A DNA stretch of 38,906 nt, from contig MCFE01000759.1 of NCBI GenBank assembly GCA_002104905.1, positions 1-38,906 of the forward strand, given 5' to 3'. The notes beneath the pieces were generated by a model. That model ran no database searches. It saw only the letters and a program-made list of their open reading frames with translations, and was not told the DNA's origin. Positions 1-10,436 of the stretch are shown here, in pieces (the stretch's first letter is position 1; each line of letters opens with the position of its first letter). This DNA comes from Basidiobolus meristosporus CBS 931.73. Taxonomy: Eukaryota; Fungi; Basidiobolomycota. The position numbers and the translations under genes were made by a program.

Positions 1-334
1 TCCATTCCCACCCCCCACCAAAACCGGGGAAAATACTAACCGTGGTTATGGCCCCAGTTAAGGTTGGCTTTTCCTTTTTTTTGTTTGAACCGAACAAACG
101 ATGCATCGTTTCCGTGCTTCTATGGTGCTGTCAGAGGGAATGCAAGTGATAGGAGTGAGGATAGCTTATTGCAACTCCCAAATAGTTCGATCCTAGAGAA
201 TTATCGATCTTTCTACACCTATTGTGATCCAGTATTCCTATATATCGTATCATTTGATCAACATTGCTTGATTATTCAACAGTGTCAACTTAACTTACAT
301 AGGTAAAAATCCCCAGATAGAACAAAATATAGAG

Positions 335-405
335 GCGCCGTTAGTACAGTGGTAGAATTGAAGCTTCCCAAGCTTTAGCCCCGGGTTCGATTCCCGGACG
401 GCGCA
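335..405 (+). tRNA. tRNA-Gly(CCC), copy 1 (intact)
   Basis: 71-nt cloverleaf: acceptor GCGCCGT/ACGGCGC, anticodon arm GAAGC-TTCCCAA-GCTTT, T-arm CCGGG-TTCGATT-CCCGG; TTTT 3' of the gene. Confidence 0.96.
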
Positions 406-890
406 GATTATTTTCTTTGATGGCACTCCGCATCATAGCTGTACCTTCATAAGTAAACTGCGTTCATCATATTGTAACATTTGGAGTAAATGCAGAACCT
501 TCAATGAACGATATTTATGATAGGGGATAAGTAAATCCTCGAGTTGATTAATGTCCCGTCGAAACCTCTCAACATTCTTCTATTTGCCAATCGGTTGAAT
601 TCTCAACACCCCATTGTGCCACTTCGAATGACATGGCTCAGCTAAGACCAGATTCACACTGGAGCTAATAAAATCCTACCAAGTTGAGCGGCTGTACTAG
701 CCATGACAAGCCCATAAGTACACCTGACAGTTGGTGGATTTGTTATGAGCGGAGCATGATCGAAGTTGAAAGGTAACCTGACTTGGCTTACTACTTTGAT
801 ACGGGAAAGACTGACAATGTGGGAAAAAGGATGTTTGTGTATCAAGGTACAGCTATGACGCGGAGTGCCATCGGGGAAAAGAAAATAATG

Positions 891-961
891 TGCGCCGTCC
901 GGGAATCGAACCCGGGGCTAAAGCTTGGGAAGCTTCAATTCTACCACTGTACTAACGGCGC
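891..961 (-). tRNA. tRNA-Gly(CCC), copy 2 (intact), convergent with copy 1
   Basis: Exact reverse complement of 335-405; the inverted similarity continues ~45 bp into the 3' flank. Confidence 0.96.
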
Positions 962-1192
962 CTTCACATTGCATGATTCTTGGGCATTTTTTGGCATTCA
1001 CCCCATGCACATCTTCCTTTTCTCTTTCCCAATATTATGGTTACTCTTAGGATCCTACCTTCGCAACCATAGCCTAAAACCCACACTTACTCACAATGTT
1101 GAGTGTTAAAGCCACATACACTCTTGCCTTTTGGTTCACGTGCACTCTTTCGATTTCCTGCCTTTAACCCTTTCTTTTATCCCATCTGGTTA

Positions 1193-1532
1193 GCTATTTG
1201 CTCTGATTGTAGTCATGCTGTATTTGTTGTAGGTCAAGTTATTGCGCTCCTCCCCATCAACAGACACGAAGGCCTAGTTTGTGAGAGTACCGCACCCAAC
1301 TCGATCCTTGAATCTTCAATTTATATACGGCCTAGTGCTTAATCGACGACTTCCTACACGGAACCATCCTCACATAGGTGCTTTTAGATAAATTGTGAAT
1401 AAAATGCGTTGTAAGGAATGGTTGGGATGGATGGGGCCAACATATACTCCATGCGAAATTCCATCACATGTGGGATCACCCATGATTTGGGAGGCGGGAT
1501 TTTTGTGGGCTTCACCCAAATATGTCGATGGA
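1193..1532. repeat. Unclassified 340-bp direct repeat, copy 1
   Basis: Matches 4825-5164 with about 9 substitutions; central ~195 bp identical. Confidence 0.9.
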
Positions 1533-1958
1533 CCCAGAGGTATGGACAGAATCCATGGTCATGAAATATGGCAAGCCAAGATTTTTGCTAGCCGTGGTAA
1601 GGTTTGGATGTGGATTTGTGCAATCGGTCTCTCCTGATAATGGTTCTTTACTCAAGTAGTATGGATACTGCTCTTAGTAGGTAGAATTCACTCTGCACTT
1701 ACATTCCGAACCAACCCAGATTTTTGGTCCGGCTCTAGATGGAATAATCATATTGTCAGAATTGGTTTGTCAGTACATCTATCAACGTATATGAAACATA
1801 TTACGTATCAAAATTGGTTGCCAAGCTTACCTAAGATGTCCTCTAGTGGGCCTCATGAAACATGTAGTGAATGCGCATTCTAAAAATGAAGCTATGGGTA
1901 TACAAATCATTACATCCTTGGAAAATTACCACAGTATTGGTATAAAAAAGAAAAGTTT

Positions 1959-2029
1959 TGCGCCGTCCGGGAATCGAACCCGGGGCTAAAGCTTGGGAAG
2001 CTTCAATTCTACCACTGTACTAACGGCGC
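1959..2029 (-). tRNA. tRNA-Gly(CCC), copy 3 (intact)
   Basis: Identical to copy 1 (reverse complement); T-runs downstream; LTR starts 9 bp upstream. Confidence 0.96.
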
Positions 2030-2038
2030 CTCTATAAT

Positions 2039-2366
2039 TGTTACAGAGTAAAGAGTCACTCGATGTTAAGTGACATCAACGCATACAAAGACGACTTAGT
2101 AGCCAGGGAAAAGCAAATCAAAGACAAATCACCAGACTCACAACAAGGTATAAATACCAAACAAGTAACTAAATAAAAAGGGAGTTTTTGGTTATAGGCA
2201 GAAGAGCGTAGTAGGAACAAATATTAGTTTGAATATATTTCTACAAAGTCACCACCCTAACCTTTTTAAGAGATATTCTTACACTACCCTGTCAAATCTA
2301 CAAGATAACATATAGGTTATCCCTTTTTGTACTCTCTAAAGGACATTACTCTTTAAGTACGTAACA
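2039..2366 (+). mobile_element. LTR, family A (TG...CA), 9 bp upstream of tRNA copy 3
   Basis: TGTTAC...GTAACA termini, TATAAATA and AATAAA; homologs at 2372, 3013, 9782, 18039 and 30215. Confidence 0.9.
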
Positions 2367-2371
2367 GAATT

Positions 2372-2689
2372 TGTTAGTAGGGAGTCAGTTGATGTTAAGT
2401 GACATCAATGCATATAAAGACAACTTAGTAGCCAGGGAAAAGCAAAACCAGACAACTCACCAGACTCACAATAAGGTATAAATACCCATCAAACAATCAA
2501 ATAAAGGGGAAGTTTGGTTAGAAGTAGGTAGAGTGGTAGAAACAAATATTACTTGGAATTTATTTCTACAAGTCACCATCCTATCCTTTTAATAGATATT
2601 CTTACTCTACCCTGTCAAATCTACAAGATAACATACACATTATCCGTTTTTGTACTCTCTAAAGGACATTACTCTTCAAGTACATAACA
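2372..2689 (+). mobile_element. Second family-A LTR in tandem, followed by a putative PBS (TGGGGCTCACAGC at 2694)
   Basis: Homologous to 2039-2366; GAATT on both sides (2367-2371, 2690-2694); gag fragment follows. Confidence 0.88.
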
Positions 2690-2756
2690 GAATTGGGGCT
2701 CACAGCAGGGGTAGTATTAAACAAAAGTAATCTACCTCTCACAAGAAGAACGGGAG

Positions 2757-3012
2757 ATGATCACGCTACAATGGGAACAAAGATTGGCCATGATTAGCAA
2801 TTTCTCCAGATACCAGACCAAGGATCCTTTTGCTTGGCTACGGGAATGTGAAGTTGGTCAAAAGGCAAATCAATGGGATCTAGTAGAACTTCCAATGATG
2901 GCAGGTGCTTATATGAAGGATCTGGCAGCTACTTGGTATGAAGAAAACAAAGGACTTTTGACAGATTGGGAAACCTTTCAGCAAAGATTTAAAGAAAAAT
3001 ACATCACAATGG
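2757..3012 (+). pseudogene. Truncated Ty3/gypsy gag N-terminus
   Basis: DPFAWLRECE...ANQW...TWYEEN...WETFQQRFKEKY aligns with the gag at 25964-26728; cut off by a reverse LTR. Confidence 0.8.
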
Positions 3013-3249
3013 TAAGAATATCTCTTAAAAGATTAGGATGGTGACTTGTAGAAATATATTCAAAGTAATATTTGTTTCTACCGCTCTTCCTACCTCTGAC
3101 CAAGCTTCCCCTTTATTTGATTGTTTGATTGGTATTTATACCTTATTGTGAGTCTGGTGATTTGTCTTGTTTGGCTTTCCCCTGGCTACTAAGTTGTCTT
3201 TGTATGTGTTGATGTCACTTAACATCAAGTAACCCCTTACACTGTAACC
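3013..3249 (-). mobile_element. Partial family-A LTR, reverse orientation
   Basis: Reverse-complement match to most of 2372-2689. Confidence 0.82.
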
Positions 3250-3830
3250 ACATTGAATAAATATAAGCAAGAAAAAGTTGCTAATTTCATTTATTGAGTC
3301 AGGTACAAGAATAATATCAGAGGTAATATAATGAATATATTTGTTGCTCATATCAACCCAACCTCATGAGAAGTCATTCTGGGAAGTAAAAATGATCTTT
3401 GGATTAGGCTGGAGTGATTGCTGTAAATTTTGGGGTTTTCCTAAGCATATTTTACATGTGCTTTTTGCCAAGGCCTAGCAAAGGGGCTTTTGGACAGTTA
3501 ATCAAGTTCTCATTCTGGGCACCTGGCATTTTGGTGAAAAAATATTCATAACAGCAACAATGAAACACAGCTTTGCAATCCCAGTACAATACTGTGAGAG
3601 CTAGGGCCCTGCAGTCAATGCACCTATTTCTTGATTTCTTTTCAATGGCATCTTAGATGTAAATTGAGACCAAAGACCAACTGGTAATATATGGCCATGA
3701 ATAAACACCAGTCTGTTTTGCAACAATAGTTGCTAATAGGTAATGAAGGATTTGTATTCATTTCAACATATTGCAATATTGTTCAAACCAGATGGTGGCT
3801 TAATCAGGTATTATTTGAACAGAGAGTAGG
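3250..3830 (-). pseudogene. Highly degraded retroelement remnants (LTR-I-like piece ~3440-3550; possible RT fragment)
   Basis: 3485-3545 resembles the reverse complement of 11060-11115; minus-strand KKSRNRCIDCRAL resembles the RT motif KKDGxxRxCIDYRAL. Confidence 0.4.
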
Positions 3831-4097
3831 GTAAAAGCAACATCCTTGGTGGGCACTCCGCAAAGCAATGCTGTACACCCAGAAGCGTATTGTTTCCACC
3901 AAAACGCAGCATTTGGAGAAACTGTAGAATCACCAATGGATCAAAGCCTAGCTGCGTGATCTCAGAGTTGACCTGTTTGTCCTCGAAGTGTACCAACTTC
4001 ATTTTTCTTGAGAATTATACGTAGCTCCTTCAAAATTTGGAATGATTTGGTAGTGCAACGGCTTTAGGAGTGCCCATGAGGATTGGAAAAGATCGTA

Positions 4098-4168
4098 TCC
4101 GCCGTCTGGGAATCGAATCCGGGGCCAAAGCTTGGGAAGCTTCAATTGTACCATTGTACTAATGGCGC
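4098..4168 (-). pseudogene. tRNA-Gly(CCC) pseudogene, copy 4
   Basis: 7 substitutions versus copy 1, including C72G, which breaks the first acceptor pair; anticodon arm intact. Confidence 0.85.
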
Positions 4169-4178
4169 CACTAATTAA

Positions 4179-4473
4179 TGTTATGAATCTAAAACTTTGA
4201 CAAGAAGGAAATTGCAGAGTCGGAGAGATACTTGTAAACTGATCAAGAACCTATAAAAGTTGATGTGTTGTTGTAAGTACTAGGGTGGGTTTATATAGGT
4301 ATGTCCCTGGGTAATAGTTTCCGTTGGTGTTGGGCAAACTTCCAAAAGTACCCAAAATGTACTAAGTACATGTAATACCTGAAAATGTCTTTGAAGTTGA
4401 TCTGATATATATTGGTCTTTGGTACTTGTTTGCCCGCTAACGTCTGTTTTGGAATAAAGTGTAATTCACAACA
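4179..4473. mobile_element. Solo LTR (family H), 10 bp upstream of tRNA copy 4
   Basis: TGTTAT...CAACA termini with a perfect 5-bp TSD ATTAA (4174-4178, 4474-4478). Confidence 0.85.
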
Positions 4474-4824
4474 ATTAAAGCTTCTTTCATCTATTACAAT
4501 ATGAGCCCTGAAATCCGGTTAGCGTTACTCAGAATGTTTAGTAATCACAATTGTTCGCACTTTCTCTAGCTTACATCGATGGTAAATATACTTAGGGGTT
4601 AAGACAGACCAGGGAACGGTGGTTCAAATTTGACACCAGTTCCCTTAAAGAAACACTGGACCTCTCTTATGGCTTATTTCCCGAACCCTCTACTTGAATA
4701 AAACCATTCTTAGTACCCACTATCAATATCTACTTGCGCTGGGAACCACAACACATCCTCATCTGTGATTGTGTACTTGCACAAATGAACACCCATTCTC
4801 CCCTTCTCTTATCTCGTGTGATTG

Positions 4825-5164
4825 GCTATTTACTCTGATTGTAGTCGTGTTGTATTTGTTGTAGGTCAAGTTATTGCGCTCCTCCCCATCAACAGACACG
4901 AAGGCCTAGTTTGTGAGAGTACCGCACCCAACTCGATCCTTGAATCTTCAATTTATATACGGCCTAGTGCTTAATCGACGACTTCCTACACGGAACCATC
5001 CTCACATAGGTGCTTTTAGATAAATTGTGAATAAAATGCGTTGTAAGGAGTGGTTGGGATGGATGGGGCCAACATATACTCCATGCGAAATCTCATCACA
5101 TGTGGGATCATCCATGATTTGGGAGACGGGATTTTTGTGGGCTTCACCCAAATATATCGATGGA
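4825..5164. repeat. Unclassified 340-bp direct repeat, copy 2
   Basis: Matches 1193-1532; abuts the broken RNase H of the neighbouring element. Confidence 0.9.
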
Positions 5165-7600
5165 GCTCTCCTTGGTGATCTTGAAAAAGTACTGCCCCAA
5201 CTGCTACATCTGATGCATCCGTTTCCACCGTAAATGGTTTGTTTAGACATGGAGGTTTTAGGACGGAGGCACTGGTGAGGGCTTCCTTCAGTTGACTGAA
5301 TGCCGTTTGACATAATGCTCATTACACCGGTCTTTTCTTTGGGTCCAACCCTCTAATAAAGTTGGACAATGGTGCAGATATGCCTGCAAAACCTCTTATG
5401 AACTTGCGATAGTAAGATGCCCACCCTAGGAACTGTCAAGCTTGTACATTACTTGTGGTTGGCCACTCTCTAATGACTTGTACTTGGTAAGGTCTAGTTT
5501 GATCCCTTCAGCTGACACTATACGGCCGACAAATTTTAGGGAGGTCTTCCCAAACCCATATTTCTTCTTTTTTGTATACAGACGGTTTCTCTTCAAGATT
5601 TCCAGGATTTGTCTGACATGACCTTTGTGACTTGCCTGGTCTGGGCAACAAATTAAAATATCATTTAGGTATACAATTACATATGAGTCTAGATATGAGT
5701 TCAACACCCGGTTCACCATTGCCTGGAAAACTGGGGGAGCATTTACCAATCCAAGAGGCAGCGCCTCGGATTCAAGATTGCTGTATCTGGTGTTAAACGC
5801 GGTTTTGGGAATATTGTCAGATGCAATGCGTATCTGATGATAACTACTCTTGAGATCAATTTTGGAGTTGTATTGGACTGTGTCCAACTAGTTCAAACAT
5901 TCGTCTAGTTAGGGTAATGAACACCAATTCCTTATCGTCACAATATTTAAGGCTCGGTAATCAATGCGCATTTGCGTTTTTCCATCCTTCTTCCTGATGA
6001 ATGATACTGGCGCACCCCATGGAGAGGTACTTGGATGTATCAACTGCTTCTGTAAGAGTTCCTTTGGCTGACGTTTTAATTCTTGCGGTTCCAGTGGGCT
6101 CATTATGTATGGTGAATAACTAATGGATTGAGCCTCCCCTGTCTCTATAACATTTGTAACCTCACATTCTGGTGGTGTGGGAAGGACGCAGAACACCCAG
6201 TTATCATCATAGGTGTTAATTTCCAATGTGACTTTAGCCACTTGGTTGGTTAATTCAATTTGGGCATTAGCCATTTTCACTTAGAACTGGTCAGTTGTTT
6301 CTAATAGAATATCATCGAACTTCAAAAACTTTCGATCAATGTAGCTGATACTGGCTCCGCTATCAATCAGAATTCTGGCTGGTCTTGCTGCCACCGAAGC
6401 CTTGATGAGTCTCAACCAGTGTGGGTTCACATGCAGGTGCTCCGTTGTCCTTTTGATCCTAGCAGGATTGCTACTGCTTAACTTTGGTGTGTGATAAGGT
6501 ATAGCTGTCACTGTTGCTATGGCATTATCATTTGGATTGTCTGTTGTGCTTGGGTCCTACTTACTTTCTTTGAGGGCCTCGTACATCTCGTTCATAACTA
6601 GTGGAGAATTATGCATCATATCTTCCGCTCTAGGGCAGTCTAGGGTTTTGCTTGGTCTCATTCTATCAGCTCTAAGGGGTTCTAATAGTTGGAGTTCGAG
6701 GGGTTCATAGGTTCTTGGTAGTCGTAGTCCGCCAAGTTTATAGGGCTTGCTACATCTTCACTGTTTGTCTTCAATATATTTCTATGGGCCATAGGGTCAC
6801 TGGGGGCATAATCATCAACAATTCTTTCCTCTCGGGGTCCTGGATATATTTCCCTCTTCTGTTTTTTTGGGCGCAGTCATAACTAGGCCATCTATGACTG
6901 CCACCTTCTGCTTTTTTTGTTTCTTGGAACATTCTCTTGAGATGTGTCCTGGCTGGCGATGCCGGAAGCATAGGCATTTACTTCTACATTCTTCACATAA
7001 ATCTTTGCTTAGCTTGGGTAGGTTTAATTGCGCTGCCTGCAAATCTACCTCCATAGGATCAAGCTGATCATACAGGCTGGATGGTGCTATGAACACTTGA
7101 GGTAGCGTGATGATTCTGTTTGTCTTTGATTGAAAGAGCATCTGATCAACTGTTTCTACCATTTGAACGGCCTCTTCAAATGTCAAGGGATCTCGCAGCT
7201 TGACTTATACTTTGGCGCGTGGTTTCAGTCCACATACAACTCGGTCAAGCTTTTCATCCTCCGTTATTGGTGTAATCTGTAGAATGATGTTCCTGAATTC
7301 TGTGCCATATGCAGCAACTGACGTTGTTCGTTGCGTGGTAGTTAATTTATCCCAAGCCAGTTGTAAGTAATTTGATGGCTTGAATTCTGCACATTACTTT
7401 GTTTTGAAACGCTCCCAACCCTTCTGATGGCCTATTGGTTGTTCACATTTCCATTATATGGCTGCATCATCCCGTATAAGTGATATAGCATAATTGACCT
7501 TCTGTACGAGTGTTGATTGCATAGTTTCACCGTAATGGTCTACCACAAATAACCACGCTTAATTGGACTTTGAAAGGTCTTGATGGATTGGTTTTTGTCA
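5165..7600 (-). pseudogene. Degenerate Ty3/gypsy gag-PR-RT-RNaseH, no LTRs found
   Basis: Gag (KPSNYLQLAWDKL, DPLTFEEAV, CCHC knuckle), protease LIDSGAS, RT (IDYRALN, KIDLKSSYHQ, YLND), RNase [14 protein letters not shown]; stops and frameshifts. Confidence 0.9.
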
Positions 7601-7693
7601 AATACTCTTGTATAAGGTTCTGGGTGTTGAGCAACTGTTGTACAATATCATTCTTGCTCATTGTATTATATGGTTCTCTGGCAGTCGCTGTGC

Positions 7694-8195
7694 AGTTGAA
7701 ACTTCTTGTGATCTTCCCTTTGTATTAGCACTTTGGTTCCTACTTCTGGTTCTTGGTCATCTACGTTTTTGTCATATCTTAACTTCATTTGTTGACCTTG
7801 GTCTTTATGCCGTTTTAAAAACCTACTCCCGCTTGTGACCTAACTTCCATTTCTCGTATCCTCCATTCTACTTTATCATCATCGTCTTCAGGATTCCACA
7901 GATTTGGTTGTGTTGTGGCACCTGGAATCTTTGGCTCTTGTCTTTATACCACATAGAATGGTGAATACGCAACAAGTCACATGGGCTTGTATTCTGCATG
8001 CGAAGAGTACCTGCTGAACAAAATCATTTCACTTGTGGTGTATACCTTGAACATAGGTTGCTAGCATTCGGTAAAGCAGCCCGTTAAAACGTTCATTCAC
8101 CCCATTTTTTCTAGGATGAATAGCTGAAGTCTTAAATGTTTGATTCCTTGTAGTTTAACGTAGCTTCCCATTACCCCTTCAATGAAGTTTTGCCA
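7694..8195 (-). pseudogene. Integrase core fragment, inverted relative to its own downstream part
   Basis: Minus strand reads QNFIEG...GVNERFNGL...EDHKKFQL; it joins in frame to WMGP at 8200 (+) through a GCAC microhomology. Confidence 0.7.
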
Positions 8196-8626
8196 GCACT
8201 GGATGGGTCCATTCGTTATAAGTAAAAAAATACCGTTCTCAATGTGTCAGATCGTACATACAAGTGGCGAGATGCAAAGAACGTTAATCTACTGAGACAG
8301 ACTAAAAATAGCTTTACAAGATGGGCCATTCCCGAAAAAAGGGGTTGATACTGTAAAGACAAAGATTCTTCCTGAGAAAAATCAGTTGAAGAAGGGGAGA
8401 ATGTTGTAATAGTTTGAAAGCTGTCCTGAACGAACTGAAGATCTGGGCATATACAGAGGCGTCAGCACCAAATAACACCTAAGTATATGCAAATAGATGG
8501 CCAGATATGAAACAAAACTGTTTGCATGTATTCGGAAAATGTGTTAAATAGCTGATCGCAGGCCAAAATAAAGGCAGACTTGGTTACACCAAACAAAGGA
8601 ACAGGAATAACCCGGATCGCATAGCA
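8196..8626 (+). mobile_element. 3' end of a Ty3/gypsy element: integrase C-terminus, PPT and 3' LTR (8402-8626)
   Basis: HWMGPF...DRLKIALQDGPFPKK; PPT GAAGAAGGGGAGAA; LTR is the reverse complement of 9355-9555. Confidence 0.82.
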
Positions 8627-9555
8627 TTTTCATCTCTCTTCTGTTTTGGACACTCGTAATTTGGTCGTATCTTTCTGCAATCATGTAGGTCTCCTTAGAT
8701 GAGCTAGGATTTTGAAGCTCTACCTCTCTTCTAGTTGCCTTCATAAGTCCACGTGTGTACCGATCAAGTATCTCATCTTCAGCAATTCCCTCAATATCCA
8801 ATAGAATACTCTTGAATTGGTTAGCGAAATTATTAATTGTTTCCTTCTGAACTAGCCGTACAAGTTTGTCTCTGGCACGCTTAGTTGCTGTTACGAGCTT
8901 GAATTCGGTCCTCAATTTTTGTTTGAACCAATTCCACTGATCAACTTCAACTTCATAACCTTCTTGGACTCTCTTCAAGTGAGACCTCCATGATAACAAC
9001 GCTTGTCCCCTGAACAGACTTGATGCGTAATCCACCATTTGTGACTTACTAACGTTTGTAAATTTCAGGTGCTTTTCAACTTGGAAAATCCAAGAATCCA
9101 CATTTGATTTTCCTTCAAACGTGTCAGGCTTTACTAACTTTGCGTGATCGGACCCCATACTTCCATATGCCTTCCAGATATCTTCTGTTGTAGGCAAGTT
9201 CTCTTGCGCACCATATTGCGCCTTTAGCCACTGGTTTCCTTCATTTAATTCTTGCTATTGCTCGCGTAGCAATGCATTGATGTCTTTTCCAGAGCTACAT
9301 CCTTTGGTACTCTTGCTATTGGGAGAACCGCCTTTTGTGTTGCTGCTATCCAAGTGTTATGAACTCCGGGTTGTTCCTATTCCTTTGTTTGATGTAATCA
9401 AGTCTGCCTTTATTTGGCCTGCGATCAACTATTTAACACATTGTTTCATATCTGGCCGTCTATTTGCATATACTTGAGTGTTATTTGGTGCTGGCGCCTC
9501 TGTATATGCCTAGACCTTTAGTTCGCTCAGGTCAGGTTTCAAGCTATTATTACTT
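8627..9555 (-). mobile_element. 5' part of a Ty3/gypsy element (5' LTR ~9355-9555, degenerate PBS, gag), truncated by the opposite-strand relative
   Basis: ORF 8544-9197 (KLVKPDTFEGKSNVDSWIFQVEK...) is homologous to the gags at 12396-13301 and 15905-17692. Confidence 0.85.
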
Positions 9556-9559
9556 GTAA

Positions 9560-9779
9560 TGTTACGCTCGTAGAGGGAAATCCCGGCTAAACAGTAAATC
9601 TCTTGGGATTCCGGTGAGAGTAAGAGTTGATCCAGGATGCAAGGGAGAAGATACTTTATTCGTGTACAAGTCTATCTGTAATAGTTATTCATGGTGTGCT
9701 TTATATGCAGTGTGCTAAATTAAGTTTTAGTGATAAATTAGTAATGGATAGGGTTTCTGGTATACTTTACCCTGTAACA
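9560..9779 (-). mobile_element. Solo LTR, family B (internally deleted)
   Basis: TGTTACGCTCGTAGAGGG...CCCTGTAACA, homologous to 26763-27090. Confidence 0.88.
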
Positions 9780-9781
9780 AG

Positions 9782-10105
9782 TGTTACGTGCTTAAAGAGT
9801 AATGTCCTTTAGAGAGTACAAAAATGGACAACGTGTATGTTATCTTGTAGATTCAACGGGGTAGTGTAAGAATATCTCTTAAAAGGTTAGGGTGGTGACT
9901 TGGTAGAAATGTATTCAAGCTAATATTTGTTTCTACCGCTCTTCCTGCTTCTAACCAAACTTCTCTCTTTATTTGATTGTTTGATTTGTATTTATACCTT
10001 ATTGTGAGTCTGGTGATTTGTCCTGTTTTGCTTTTCCCTGGCTACTAAGTTGTCTTTGTATGCATTGGTGTCACTTAACATCAAGTGACTTCTTACACTG
10101 TAACA
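9782..10105 (-). mobile_element. Solo LTR, family A
   Basis: Reverse complement of the 2372-2689 type; TG...CA. Confidence 0.88.
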
Positions 10106-10108
10106 AGT

Positions 10109-10433
10109 TGTCATGCTCATAGAGGAAAATCCCAGTTAAGCAGTGTATCTTTTGGGTTTCTGGAGAGGGTAGAGTTGATCCAGGTTGGAAGGAAGAAGAT
10201 ACTTTATTTGTGTACAAACCTGTCTGCAATTGTTATTCATGGTGTGCCTTTTAGACTGTGTGTGCTAATTAGGTTTCAGTGATAAATTAGTGATAAATTG
10301 ATGCTAGATAGGGTTTTGGTCAGAGTAACTCTATTTGGGTGCAGATTGGCATGATTGCCTTATATCCATACAGATGGTTGTCTTTTGCAGGGGGCCTACC
10401 ACTTATCCTAGTGGTATATTTTACCCTGTAACA
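10109..10433 (-). mobile_element. Solo LTR, family B
   Basis: Full-length homolog of 26763-27090 with many CG to TG/CA changes. Confidence 0.88.
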
Positions 10434-10436
10434 AGA

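Noticed and set aside
311-334. Old LTR end (AACA) 10 bp upstream of tRNA copy 1
   Set aside because: Spacing fits, but the upstream 300 bp match no LTR family here, so it was not counted among the targeted insertions.
335-961. tRNA-spacer-tRNA unit as a MITE with tRNA TIRs
   Set aside because: No TSD flanks any pair, and spacers differ between units (485 versus 566 bp). Kept only as an inversion and duplication observation.
8402-9555. Inverted LTR pair suggesting a DIRS-like element
   Set aside because: No tyrosine recombinase; a PPT and a PBS show two ordinary Ty3/gypsy relatives nested in opposite orientations.
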